The notes beneath the pieces are model-generated. The model ran no database searches, was not told the origin of the DNA, and saw only the letters and a list, made by a program, of their open reading frames with translations. DNA of 57,462 bases, counting the filler, from Sphacelaria rigidula (Eukaryota): the NCBI GenBank assembly GCA_964200075.2. It is 7 parts of 7 records of this genome, joined end to end, with 100 filler letters (N's around TTAATTAATTAA, not from the genome) between each part and the next. Parts side by side here need not be neighbours in the genome. Positions count along the whole stretch, not along the records: positions 24,673 to 32,795 come from CAXNAA020012215.1; positions 32,896 to 41,018 come from CAXNAA020012216.1; 5 more parts are not named here. One strand, 5' to 3'. The translations under genes were made by a program, and so were the position numbers. This document shows positions 27,236-39,815 of the stretch, piece by piece. Every line of letters starts with the position of its first letter. The stretch's first letter is position 1.

Positions 27236-27341
27236 CACGATGGAGTTCAATGCGTTGGTATGGGCAAAAGCGCAGGATGGACACTGGCACCGAGGAACCG
27301 TGATATCGAGAGAGGAGAAAGGAGACCTTAGGTTTATCAAG
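27236..27341 (+). CDS. Exon encoding a Tudor/SH3-like beta-barrel fragment
   Basis: CACAG acceptor, AAG|GTATTT donor; MEFNALVWAKAQDGHWHRGTVISREEKGDLRFIK has the VWAK..DG.W.RG.V pattern. Confidence 0.6.
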
Positions 27342-30300
27342 GTATTTCCTGTTCAGTGCGTGCGTGGTATGTTTCATCTCTGTAGTCCTCTTTGTCCACT
27401 GGCCCTTCCTTTCGATATAAAACGAGAGGACCCATCAGCCGAGGGAACACGAGACTGTGTTTAGGAAACCTCACCCTACACACATGTATGTCCTTCGCCT
27501 CCTGCGTTGCAGTAGCTTGCACGGACATGTCTACAGGTTCGTTCCATGTGCCTGTGCGCGTGTCCCCGCAGTCGCCAACTGCTTCATCATCGCACCAGTA
27601 TCGTACGCGTATTCATCATGATGTGGTCCGTGGAGGATTGATGCAACACGTTCGTGCGAGTGGGCCGGAAAACCCTATCCTCCTCCTTCCCCCCTCCCTG
27701 CCACCCCCCCCGCCCCCCTCCCGCCCCCGCCCCGGCAAATACATAACCGCGGTCCATGCCATAATTTATTTATGATTCTATATTTCTTCACCCTCGTACA
27801 TCATGGCACAACACAGCGACTCGCTGCCTACAATTTGCACTTGTGGTCTGCCCTTAGCGTTGGCGTGTTCATGGCTCTCAATATATGCCTACTTATGCTG
27901 GAGGTACTGTTCGCTCTCGTTGTGCATGTCTGATGTTCCCTGTCGCCACCTATCTTACTGTTTCCTCCGGGATTGTAGCGGCCCGTGGGTTTCGATTCCG
28001 AGACCCGCTTTACCTGACCGTACTGTTGTCATGCACTTTTTTTTTTTTCCGTGCTGGACACGAAATGACGTTTTTACATCAGTGGCCGTTGTTCATTTTA
28101 CCTTGGTACTACAGTTGTAGTGTATGATATGTTGAGGGCTCTTGCCAGTTGTCCAGACCTTGTGGATCTGGGTGGGGTGACCGATGATTGAGAACGGAAA
28201 GCCGCAAGCTTGTTTTTTCGCTCGCTCATCTTGCAGTCCCTCAGCGGAGAACACACGGGCAACTCCTCGCATACTTTCGCCACAGGTTTTGCCGCAATGA
28301 CATGCAAACCGTTTGGTTTCGAGCTCTGTTTGTCGACTGAAAACTCATGTCTCCTCCGCGCGCACGCACCTCATGTTCACTATCTGTAGAAACTGTATTC
28401 CAGATTCTTCACATGAAGAAAGACGTAGCTGCCCTGTCGGTACGCTGTATTTTTGGGGGTATCCCGAGCTTTATTCCAGAGAAATATGTACTGAGCAGTG
28501 GGCGGGAATACTGTGCTGTGGAGAATGGTGACAGCATTCTGCTCTCTAGGCTTGCTAGCCTTTGGCCGTCATGGGACTCCCCCAGTGTGACGAGCCCCCG
28601 AAGCACCGCAAAACCCTGTGTGCGACAATTGGGTGATATACAGGAGGGTTTGCCCCCTCTCTCCGTTTGTTACACCCAACACACATCCCGAATCACACTC
28701 GACTCGCCGACTGTTTTCACGTGGCGGCACCTGCTACTCTACTTATGCACGCAGTGTGACTTCACTGAGTGCTGCACTCCATGCTGCGTTTTGTCATCAA
28801 CTCCGCAGTATGGCAGGGTACGACGAACGCTCGCGTGCTGTAGGTAATCACCATACTCGACACTACGACGTTAGTATATATCAGAGCTTCTCACTGTTCT
28901 GTCGTGGTTACTGTTGCCGTTTCCGTGCCTCAACTTACTCGTGCCGACCTCTACTACAGTATTAATACTGTTGTGGTCCACAACTGCATATCCGTAGTCG
29001 CGCCATTGTACGTCTGCCGTCATCTTCAGCGGCCAAGTTTCCCCTAGCAAGAGGATGGTTGATGGTTCGTGGTACGGTGCTGACTTTCCGTGTATCATGG
29101 CGTGTTCGCTCCCATATCTTCCTTCACAGACCAACGGCGGCCTCTAAGTCACGAAGTACCACGTTGCACTTTTTTCTTCAGCTGGAGATGAGTTTACAGG
29201 GGATGAGTAAATTTTTCTTTTTTCTTGATGGACACTCGTGGTTTAGTCAGTGCATTTTGCGTCTCACGAGCCAACAAACTCGCAAAACTGTTTGCCCTCT
29301 CCCTGCCATAACTCGGAACTCGCCGCGGTCTGGTTTGCAGCTCATAAGTACAGCCCATCTTTCGTACAACGGACGCTCATCTCTCCCAACATCCACGGTG
29401 GATCAGTGGAAGGGTGAGCCGCTCAAAATCAAAATAAGAACAAAAAAAACGTAGAACACCGTCCTTCGCTTCTCCCCGCTCTCCGGCGGTTAAGACACAC
29501 ACCAGGAGCTATTCCACCAATCGTCCCTTCCTTCTCATATTCATTTTCGTTTGTTTTTTCTTTCTCATACCGAAGTGGTGTTAACGGAAAGCAGATGAAA
29601 CACAGCACACGGTGGAGTGCCAGTATTGTCTGTGAAAAAACGGCGTCGTTCTTTTTCTCCTTGTCCCGCCAATATAACCCACCGTTGAGCTCTGGGTTAG
29701 AAGGCTCGAGACACCGCACCTTAGGCCCCCAATGCCCCGTGTTGTTTTCATACATTGCCCCCAGTATTTCCCACTCGACCGTCAACGTCGCAAGTCAGGA
29801 CCGAATACTAAATACTCTCCTGTCAATAGAGACGTGAACCCTTTCGTGAAGGGAGCTCTGTGTTCCGTGCTCACGGTCAAGCCGATCATGCAGTACTGAC
29901 TGTACTGACTGACGTTACTGTCGGTAGTATACCTTACTGTTGTGCTGTACGGTGTACCGTATCTTACTATCTGTATCATGGACGGTTGTGCAACCCTTGG
30001 ATGACGTGAATCGGTATAATATTATTTCACCAAGAAATTGACTACCGTGCTGAGGGAACCAAATGTAAGTCTCCCCGTGCTAACGGGGCTGCAACAAAAA
30101 CTGTTTTGTGGTGGGAGCGAGAGATCGGAAGATTGCTTCCTTTCATGCTTCATCGTCGTTTTACACCGTGAACCGAAGGGTACGCTGTTGGCGGGTTGTA
30201 CCCCGTCGGAAAGACTTATTGTTCTTGCCTGGAAATATGTTCCAGAGCACTTCAACGATTATTTGATGATTTCTCAATAGAATCCGCGTACAGCGAGTGC

Positions 30301-30789
30301 TCCCCGGCGTGTCCTTGTGCCGCATCGGCATCACGCTGACTTGAAAATTGCATGTTGGATGGACGGGTCTCTTGGGGTGGTCGGAGGAGGCGAGTTTACC
30401 CCGGTTCGGTGCAGAATTCCGATGGTTGACAGGCACATGGTTTTTCTCAATCCAGAACCTTTTTGGTAACCCAAACCTCGAACCACGATAGACCGAGAAC
30501 TGAGTGAGAACCGTCAGCAAGAGGGATGCAGATGGTGGGCGGGCGGCGTCACAAGCTGGGCCAACCTAGACACGCCTCTGAAGATTGTAGGCGAGTTAGC
30601 AGCTTCATTTTGAGAGTTTGTGCTGTGAAAAATGGTACAGAGTATCGCAAGAGCATATGTCGATTTCACGAATGGGCTACCGCCGATCGTCAAAGGGTTG
30701 AGACCGCTCCTTATAACAAACACGAAAAAAAATCTGCAATAGTGCCTTTTTGGAGCTGTTACGTTGTTTCACGCCATAACAGAGTGTCA

Positions 30790-30979
30790 GGCCGTGTCTT
30801 ATCAAATTGTTTTTGACTCGAAAACGTACGGTGGAATCAAATTTGCTCGTACCTGATACGTCCACGGCATTCATGTTCTCACCCATGTGAGAAAATAAAT
30901 AGCGTGGACGAATCATGAACGAGCGGATTCGATTCGACCGCACGTTTTCGACACCATAACAATTTGATAAGACACGGCC
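30790..30979. mobile_element. 190-bp PIF/Harbinger (Tourist-like) MITE
   Basis: TIR GGCCGTGTCTTATCAAATTGTT; 3-bp TSD TCA on both sides; diverged copy at 33609-33798. Confidence 0.85.
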
Positions 30980-31027
30980 TCAGGCGGAGTCTGATACCTT
31001 GGAATAACTTGCTATAGGTATTGCGGA

Positions 31028-31501
31028 CGCGTCTTATGGACTGAAAAAAAAATCTGTCTGAGAACTGCCCTTTTGAACCTTTCACCTCGGACTGTTGGCA
31101 GAATACGGGCCTTGGCGGATTTGGCCTCTCGGAAAGATTTGCTCTATTTTTCACGAGGATCCCAGCGCGTTTGTCCGATAATTCGTACTCCCAGTTTTAC
31201 TCCTGGCCGCATTCTGGATTTTTTCAGTCGCCGTGAAAATCGTCCAGTTGTCGGGAAGAATACGTACTTTTCCCCGACAACTCGAAGTTCTTCAGGTGAC
31301 TGAAAAAAAAAGTCAAAACCCGGCCAGGAGTAAACTGTGAGTACGAATTATCGGACAAGCGTGCTGGGATCCTCGTGAAAAACAGAGCTAATCTTTCCCA
31401 GGAGGCCAAATCCGCCAAGGCCCGTATTCCGCCAATAATCGGTGATGAAAGGTTCCAAAGAATAGTTCTCAGATAGATTTTTTTCAAGTCTATAAGAAGC
31501 G
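31028..31501. repeat. ~470-bp imperfect foldback palindrome
   Basis: Arms pair about a centre near 31263, e.g. GAATACGGGCCTTGGCGGATTTGGCCT / AGGCCAAATCCGCCAAGGCCCGTATTC. Confidence 0.85.
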
Positions 31502-31931
31502 ACCTGAGACGGTTCCAGGACATTTCCCGTTTTCCGGTGGCCACCGTTTTTCTTTCGGCCGAACAAGAATTTTTGCCGAAGAACGGACAAGTGCAGAGAG
31601 AAATGGCGATTTTTTCTGGATTTGACCGTTTTTGGCCGTTCTTAGACAAACGTCCTTGTTTGGCCAGAATAAGAACTGCGGCCACCGGGGAACAGTCCTG
31701 CTGTCCTGGAACCGCCTCAACTAGTAGAGATAGTCATTCCGACGTGTCAAACTCCGCCTGGCTCTCTATCAGGACGTAAAACGACGTACGATAAAAGCCC
31801 CATGAATGCACTTTTCCAGATTTTAATTCTGTCTCTTATAAGGAGCGGCCTAACTCATGAAAAAAAAATGAATATCTTGGCGTAACTTTTTCTTCTTCTG
31901 CATGCCCTTTTGATTCTCCATACCAAATTTC

Positions 31932-32715
31932 ATGACACAACTTTTCGAACTGCTGAATCCAGATTTGGTGCAGCATGTAGCGCAATATCTTGAATTCAGT
32001 ACAGGATTTTGTGCGCGCCATATCCGTCGATACATGACTAATCAGGTGAACGTGACAGTATCGATCGTTTCCCTGTGTTTCCCAAGGGATGTCCACAACC
32101 AAAAATCGGCGTGATCCGCTGAGCATACTGCAACGGGGTATCGTATAGACGTTAGTATTGAGGTATTTCCATACGTCAAAGAATTTACTCGACATGGCGT
32201 TTGATGGCTGGGATAAGCACCTGACCGGTTTGTTGAGCAAATAGACATCTGCCCCTTCATAAGACGATCGACGACGTGTGCGGATAATGGCCCAATTTGT
32301 CTGCGTCGATGAGATATGGCCCTGAAGGTCAAAATCCTTTTGTTGAGCCGGCATCCACTGCGTGCATCCTGGAAGAGCGCTTGGGACAGCGAGCGCTCTA
32401 GAAGGCCGAAATTGACACGAAGTCAAGACTTCAGGCAAAGCATATATCCCAGTTCACGATCATCCAAGGTAGGCATCGGGTTAACGTAAACTGCACTGGC
32501 TGAAACCGTCGAATTTGTCCGGTGTGACTTTGGGCAGGATTGGAACGGTGGTGTATGATCTCCTCTTGAAGTTTTTGCGGAAGTCGGGAAGGACCTTTGA
32601 GTCTGTCCGAAGAAGAGAGTAGCCCTCAATCCAGGCATTATGCATTATACCCTCCCGTTTGAGAAGTACGCGAAAGGTGCAATTGCGGGTCAAGAATATA
32701 GAGCCAAGTTTCGAG
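31932..32715 (+). pseudogene. Possible degraded F-box + FNIP-repeat gene
   Basis: MTQLFELLNPDLVQHVAQYL is F-box-like; downstream fragments EIWP*, SQDFRQSI and CDFGQDWNG resemble FNIP repeats; many stops. Confidence 0.35.
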
Positions 32716-32749
<34 letters not shown>

Positions 32750-32795
32750 CACCGAGGGCGGGGGCGCGGGGCGCCCCCCCCCCCGGAGCACAACA

Positions 32796-32895
32796 NNNNN
32801 NNNNNNNNNNNNNNNNNNNNNNNNNNNNNNNNNNNNNNNTTAATTAATTAANNNNNNNNNNNNNNNNNNNNNNNNNNNNNNNNNNNNNNNNNNNN
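32796..32895. other. Artificial contig spacer
   Basis: N44-TTAATTAATTAA-N44. Confidence 0.99.
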
Positions 32896-33608
32896 ATTCA
32901 CTGATTGACCGCTTTTCACTCTCAATCGTATCATCTACTCTCAATCTCACGAAAACACTGTTATTAGTGCCTGAAACAGTTTCAGTTCCGAAAGCCCCCC
33001 CCACGCGTAAAACTGCTTTGTGCGGTAGCTCACCAACCAGACCATCGAATTCCTCGAATGGGGTACTCTACGGTAACTGTATGCACAGGACGTGTGCTCG
33101 AGCAGAAAAAAAAAGTTGCCTGTAAGTCTGGGGTCACTCAGCAACACGTATACGACTCGTGGTACACTTTCCTTGATCGACAAGCAGAACGCTCAGTAAC
33201 ACGTACGCATCGTGGTACACTTTCCTTGATCGACAAACAGAACGCTCTCGGGTTCACGTCTTGAGTACGAGGCCCTCTCCAGCATTGCGGCCTCACTGCC
33301 GTAACAGTTACCCTAAAGTCATTATCCAGTGGACACCTTGACTGCGCGTCATCATCCAACGGCCAACTTCTCTTTTCTGCGGCTGCTAGAACAACCGATA
33401 TGCCCAAACTCCTCGGTTTTGGGCTGCTCGGGATAAGGCCAGCATCGTGGTGGTGAAGGTACATTTTATATCCGTGTTCTGGTGAAGAAACAGGGGGAAA
33501 CAGGTTTGTGAACACCATCTTTCGATTTTCTCCATTCTCGACCACCCCTGGGGGTGGGGGGAAGAGGGGGGGGTAGACCGTTTTCGAGTCCGTGAGGCCC
33601 CTTGGTCA

Positions 33609-33798
33609 GGTCGTGTCTTATCAAATTATTTTCGACTCGAAAACGGACGGTGGAATCGAATTTGCTCGTACCTGAGATGTCCATGGTATATATGTTTTCA
33701 ACCATCTGAGAAAATAAAGAGCGTCGGTGATTCAGAAACGAGGGAATTCGATTCGACCGCACGTTTTCGACACGAAATCTTTTTGATAGGACGCAGTC
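33609..33798. mobile_element. Diverged copy of the Harbinger-like MITE
   Basis: Colinear with 30790-30979; left flank TCA. Confidence 0.8.
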
Positions 33799-34391
33799 GC
33801 ACACCACAGTACAGTAGTCCACAGCAAAGCAATAAAGAAAGGATCATGCGTTAGGGAAGGAGACCACACACGCCTGCGGCGATGAGCTCCCTGCTCGATA
33901 TTGATGAGCCAACAGTCGTGTTGTGTTCTTGGCCAGCCATGCACCGCGCATGCCCGATTGTATGGATGCTCTGACGACACGGACTGTGTAGAGACCAATG
34001 CTACGATAGGGGTTGCGCTTTTTGTTTCTGGGTCTCGTTTTTTGAAGGAGCCCAATTATATGGGGCCTACTGTGCAACCCAAATCTCCGGGGACAGGACA
34101 TGGAGATGCACACAGGGGCCTTTTCGTGAATTGGCATCATTTTCAGTCTTGAAAATGATGCCAATTCTCAAAATTATGCTTGCAACACCCCGAGAAACAT
34201 TTTCGCTCAAAAGTGCAACCCTGCCGTAGCATTCCTCTAGAGTATGCATCATAGCTGCTTGCCAACGAGAATACCGCCATATCATACTGTTACACTGCTG
34301 TTGTACAAGACACGGCGCTGTCTGTACACTGTGTCTGTGTACTGTTCAGGCTATCCAGGTGGCAGCACGAGTAGTGGGAGTATCCCAAGGG

Positions 34392-34583
34392 CAGGTCGAG
34401 TAGGGTATATTCAATTGCGGGGATATTGAAAGTCGTACTTGAAGTACAAAAATTAGGGGTAGGGCTTGAGGGATCGCTCTTCAGTCATTTTTTGAGTACG
34501 ACTCTTAACTCTCTACCCTAATTCATGTACCTCAAGTACGTCTTTCAAAATACCCCGCAATTGAGTATACTCTACTCGACCTG
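34392..34583. mobile_element. MITE-like element with ~70-bp TIRs
   Basis: CAGGTCGAGTAGGGTATATTCAATTGCGGGG... / ...CCCCGCAATTGAGTATACTCTACTCGACCTG; TSD not seen. Confidence 0.7.
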
Positions 34584-34887
34584 ATCTTCTAGTATTCCTG
34601 TATCGCACCACTTGTCAACTGTTCAGAGCACTACCGGCCCTGTACAGCAGTTCTCTTTTACTACTACTATTATTATTGTCTGTTGTATGCGGCACAGAGT
34701 GTACAGTCTGCACAGCAGACAGCAGACAACAGTACTTGTATTATACTGATGGTGTGATTTCACAACTGCTACTTGCGGCTATACGCCCGTGGATGGTACT
34801 CAGAGCATCAAAATATTGTTCTCTGCCCGGACTTGGCCCGGATACACTGTTTTCCCGCGCATGACCTGCGGCGGGTGTGAATGGTTG

Positions 34888-35262
34888 CCATTACGTAATA
34901 GCACACACACTCACGATAGGATCACACTTGAACAGTCCCTGATGTCCTGTTGTTCATGCCGCAGCAACTACTTGTACCAACTATCAACATTTTTTGTTCT
35001 TCGAGAAATTGCCTTCAAGAAGCGCTCCAAGAAAAAACGATCCATTATTTGATTCCCGGTTATATGACCTACTTGTACCAACTATCAACATTACGTAATC
35101 GCACACACTCACGATAGGATCACACTTGAACAGTCAGCTGATGTCCTGTTGTTGATGCCGCAGCAACTACTTGTACCAACTATCAACATTTTTTGTTCTT
35201 TGAGAAATTGCCTTCAAGAAGCGCTCCAAGAAAAACGATTCATTGTATGATTCTCGGTAGTA
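34888..35262. repeat. Recent ~200-bp tandem duplication
   Basis: CATTACGTAAT...GATTC unit present at 34888 and 35089 with few mismatches. Confidence 0.9.
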
Positions 35263-36394
35263 TGGAGCAGAGAACTCATCGCCGCCTACGTTTGTAGCAT
35301 CCTACCCTACAACAAAGAAATCTGATCGGTATTGCAGGCCTGCTGTGTACTGCTGTGGAGTACGTCTGTTGTTTCTTGTGCTTAGCACGAAGGGTATGAC
35401 TCCAATGCTAGAGTCAAAGCCTTTGGCTCAGCATTTAAAATTGGGTTTCTTGTGAATTTAGCCCGAAGGGTATAACTGTAGCAGCTAGAGTCATGTCCTT
35501 TGCTTTGTTCAGGGCGAGATCTGTTGTACATTGACATAATTTTGACTCGAAAGATGAGTGCAAGACCCAGATTACCCATCGTGGAGGCCCGAGGTTAACG
35601 CTCTCGAAAAAATTCTTGTTATCAGGTCCATGGGATGGCCATAGATGATGGGGACAATGGGAAGGAACGCAGGGGGTGGGAGAGAAAACAACACTCTCCT
35701 GAAGTATAATGTTCTACATCGTGCTGCATTGTCCTGTGCTGTACTGAGCCGTGTTCGGCTTTGTCCATCTATATACAGTCACCTTCAGGGGGAGTAAACT
35801 GTTGTGCATTGGCATAATTTTGACTTGAAAAACAAATGCAAGATCCAGGTGACCCACCGCAGAGGCTCACAGGTTCAACGCTTTTCAAAGATTTCGTGTA
35901 ATCTGATCATTCATGGTACCCATCGAAGAAGGGCAGGAAAGCAGCGGGGGGAGAGATAAGACAATAATACTGCACTGTACTGTACCACACAGCTTTTGTA
36001 CTGCATTGTACTGCTGCTGTTGTACTCTCTGTTTCAAATTTTCCTTGTCTATAGTCACTCACCCCTAGGGTGGGCATCTTCATCGGGATAATCTTCACTT
36101 GAAAAATGAGTCGTGAGTACGCCCACGAGCAATGCACCTGCAGCAGATTGTGTGATATGCACAGACGGCCTTCCGGGGTTCTCTTGGAACCGACCGGACG
36201 GATAATATGCTTCTGACTAGCTAGCTTGATTTGTCCATCAGGAGCAGCCAGGACACTCATGACTGGTGAGCGATTTGCATCCTAGTATAGGCAGTGAAAG
36301 CTCCGACACATGCAAGAGGGCTTGAGTGTTACACTTTTTTAGATCTACTCTAATCGGAGCCGTTCAAAAATTCCTGATTAAAACTGCCTTTTTG

Positions 36395-36770
36395 GCCCTT
36401 CTACGTCGTTATAAGCCTGAAAAGAGGGCTAGGCGGATGTTGGCGCCTTGGAGTGACTCGCTCTACACATTGAGGGAGTTCTAGATCAACTTTGCATCTC
36501 CCGCTGGCCGCACTTTCATTTTTGACCAAACGCAGATTTTCAATAACAAACGGCCAAGCGATAAAAAAACAGGGGGAAATTTCGAAATTTTGATCACCTG
36601 ATTGTTTTTTACTGTAAACCCGTGTTTTGCCTGATTTGGCCAAAAACAAAAGTACAGCCAGCGAGAAATGCGAAGTTGCCCTGGAACGGTCTCAACGAGT
36701 AGAGCAAGTCGCTCCAAGGCGTCAACATCCCCCTAGACCTCTTTTCGGGCGTACCCCGACGGAGAAGAGC
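36395..36770. mobile_element. MITE-like element with ~70-bp imperfect TIRs
   Basis: Ends pair (GGATGTTGGCGCCTTGGAGTGACT / AGTCGCTCCAAGGCGTCAACATCC); related to 31500-31790. Confidence 0.65.
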
Positions 36771-37003
36771 TGGTGTTTTAAGGGGAGGGTATCGTAGACT
36801 GCAATAGTATTATTATAGTGGATGCTCTGTCACAACCTATAGCAAGTCCTGAGATCACTAGCCTCACCTAGCAGAAACGTGCAGTGCACGGCCCAGTAGT
36901 GCATCTACATTTAACATTCGCACAGCCAGCGCTCATAATTGTATTGCGGGCACGTCTGACGATTGGATAAAAGCCCTCACTTGGGACGGTTAATAGCGCG
37001 TAC

Positions 37004-37246
37004 CTGCTTGGTCCAGTCAAATACTTCCTCTTTTTTCTCAGCAGTAATAGCAGCAGCAGACGTCGTAGCAGTGGAGTGTAGTACTCCGGGAGTCAATTTG
37101 TCGAAAACACACCCACCGCCAACCTCAGACACACGGGGGACATGTTTAGCGTGCGACGGTTTTGCCACCGAGCCAGGAAGAGCAGGGAGGTAAAACCCCC
37201 TCACCGCAGCAACAATGACCATAAATATTGCAAAATGATGCGTCAT
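37004..37246 (-). CDS. Exon 1 of a plastid-targeted protein, probably a Rieske oxygenase of the PAO/Tic55 family
   Basis: Signal peptide MTHHFAIFMVIVAAVRG-F, transit-like segment, ends EEVFDWTKQ|GTACGC, as in the FxWxKQWYP start of these Rieske domains; exon 2 not found. Confidence 0.6.
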
Positions 37247-37578
37247 GGCGCTATGCTTTCCTCTCTGAGCAAAGGGCACGCCAATGCGTAACAGAAGACA
37301 GTGCAGTGTAGGGAAAGTGGTCGACTCTCCTCGGTAGATTGATACCCGTAACTATCGCGGTGGATCATGGGGAAAATGCACTTTTCCGAGAGAAATCACA
37401 TACACGCGACCCCATAGGAATAGCACCCTAAAATACAAGAAAGACGGCACGGCATCTTTCGTAATTAACAGAGGTTAGGGTTACCGAACGGTCGAACAAA
37501 ATGGCTGGAACTAGACTTGTTTCAGTGTTGCTCAGTGCGCTGGATCTCCCCGAGGTACGGACACAGCGACAACAGACG

Positions 37579-37887
37579 TTACCAACTGGTCGGAAAAATG
37601 GTTGAAATTAAAAACGTACTCGTTTTAGTCTTAGTCGGGGCGATGGATGAAACCAACAACAGATACAGGTGAGCAGTAGACCCAGCTTGTCCAGAACGTG
37701 TTATGTTCCAAAATCGGCTGAAAGGCGTCGATTTGAGCTCTGGCAACGCACATCTTGACTGAGGAATACTCTGCACCCCCTTGCCCGAGTGTTCTCGGTA
37801 TGCCTTGGTCGGGGTTAGGGTTAGGTTAGCGTTAGGGTTGGCGGCATCTCCATAGTGCGTCAACCATTTTTTCCGACCAGTTGGTAA
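37579..37887. mobile_element. TIR element containing a TTAGGG tract
   Basis: TIR TTACCAACTGGTCGGAAAAATGGTTGA; GGGGTTAGGGTTAGGTTAGCGTTAGGG at ~37811-37837; flanks AGACG/AGAGG. Confidence 0.7.
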
Positions 37888-37907
37888 AGAGGCCTCCACA
37901 GCGAGGT

Positions 37908-38272
37908 GAGTTTACCACCCGGTAGTTGACAGATAGTTCTCGGAAATTTATGGTTTGTGCAGGTGCTGATGCATTTCGAACAACCCTAACCCTAACCCTA
38001 ACCCTAACCCCGACCCCAACGAAGACATACCGAGAACCCTCGGGCAAGGGGGTGTAACGCATTCCTTAGTCGAAGTGTGCGTTGGTAGACCTCAAATCGG
38101 CGCCCCAGGCGCCGATTCAGACAAAAACGCGTTCTGTGCACGCTAGGAGCACGCCAGGAGCACAGCCCCCTCTAAAGATCCGGATTTCTGTTTCACACTA
38201 AAATCCAATACGCACTTGTCCACAAATCGGAAATTTCCGAGAACTATCTGTCAACTGCCGAGTGGTAAACTC
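37908..38272. mobile_element. TIR element containing a (CCCTAA)n tract
   Basis: 42-bp TIR GAGTTTACCACCCGGTAGTTGACAGATAGTTCTCGGAAATTT; (CCCTAA)4 at ~37984-38007. Confidence 0.75.
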
Positions 38273-38859
38273 TACTAGAGGACACAGCAGCAGTGAAGAT
38301 GTAACAGGCGACAGAGATGCCGACAGGGGAATAAAATCGATATACTGTTGTATCTATAACCGAAATTCCGAATTGCGAGCTAGTGGAGGGCTGTTTAATA
38401 CAGTGTACCAGATGGTCGGAAAAAGCAGTTGAAAGTATCTTATGCTCGTTTTAGTATTGACCAGTGCACATAGGGCAGCGGTGAAGATGAAACCGCCAAA
38501 AGGTATCTTCCACAGGAGAAACATTCGATAACAACGGGACAATTCTGAACGCTGGAGCAGCTGTTCAAAAGTTGGCACAAGAAGTAAAATGGGACATGTC
38601 ATGTTTTGTTGTACAGCAGCGCACGCAGACGGCTCTCTCATGTGCTGCATCTGTCACTGCACAATCGTGTATTTGAACTTTGCCAAACCTGTCTGGTCTC
38701 TGCTCGATTACCTGAGCTGCTGTACTACTATTGCATTCCGAACAAGTGTAGTTGGCAGGCAGTGCTGTCTTGCCGAAGTTGAAAATGCAATGTTGCTGAC
38801 ACGAAGCACAAAAGTCACGTGACTATCCATGGGAGCACAGCTGGTTTCCATCGCCAGCA

Positions 38860-39198
38860 GTAGCCACGCTGGCTTTAATCCCATCCCCAGCAGTAGCCAG
38901 CCACGCGTGAGAGACACACTCGTCGTGCACAGCCCCCATAGAGAGGTGCGCACAGCTATATCTCCCAGCACTTCGTCGAGTGAGCAAGCATGGGCCCATC
39001 GGCGGGTAGTACGGACTAGCGCTTTCTAGCACGGTGACTATCACGCGCAAGGTGAGTGGGCATTGTCACATGATCGAAACGCGGACCGTCTCTCGCACGA
39101 AGAAGAGCAGCAACAGCAGCAGCAACAGCAGCAGTATTGGCACCGGTTGATTGAGACCCACCCCCAGCTGTACAATTCTGGTAGTTAAGCTTCTGCTG

Positions 39199-39257
<59 letters not shown>

Positions 39258-39716
39258 CATGCTCTTTCTCCTTTTCGTGTGCTAGACGCGGTTAGTGTTT
39301 CGACCCGTGACACTGTCCACCACCCGGCACGTTATTGCCTCTCTACTTCGAATCAATTGTCGTTGTCACCCCCAGTGCATTTTCAGTATGTACCACTTGT
39401 TTTTCCTGTAGTGGACGCTGGGTTTATTCGCATCACCAGCGATAACAACGCGTGTGAGATACACTCGTCGTGCACAGGTACCACAGAGAGATTCGCAATG
39501 CTATTTATCCCAAAACTTAGCCGAGTGAGGAAGCATAGACCCATCGGCGGGTAGTACGGACTAGCGCTTTTCAGCACGGCGGCCATCACGGGCAACGTGC
39601 GTGGGCGTTGTCGCACCATCAAACGCGGACCGTTTCTCGCCCGAGGAAGAGCAGCAGCAGTATCGGCACCGGCTAATTCAAACCCACCCACAGCCGTATG
39701 TATCCACTGGTAGTAA

Positions 39717-39750
<34 letters not shown>

Positions 39751-39815
39751 ATTGCTTTTTCTCCTTCTCGAGCTGGAGGCCGTCCGCAGTTCGACCCGCG
39801 ACAATGCCCACACAC
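38860..39815. repeat. Two diverged tandem copies of a ~400-470 bp repeat, each with a (CTG)n microsatellite
   Basis: Shared CCCATCGGCGGGTAGTACGGACTAGCGCTTT at ~38995 and ~39541. Confidence 0.85.

Noticed and set aside
29950-30520. Coding-like stretch
   Set aside because: No recognisable motif or splice-consistent model.
37811-38010. True telomere or chromosome fusion site
   Set aside because: Tracts are only a few units long and sit inside TIR-bounded elements.
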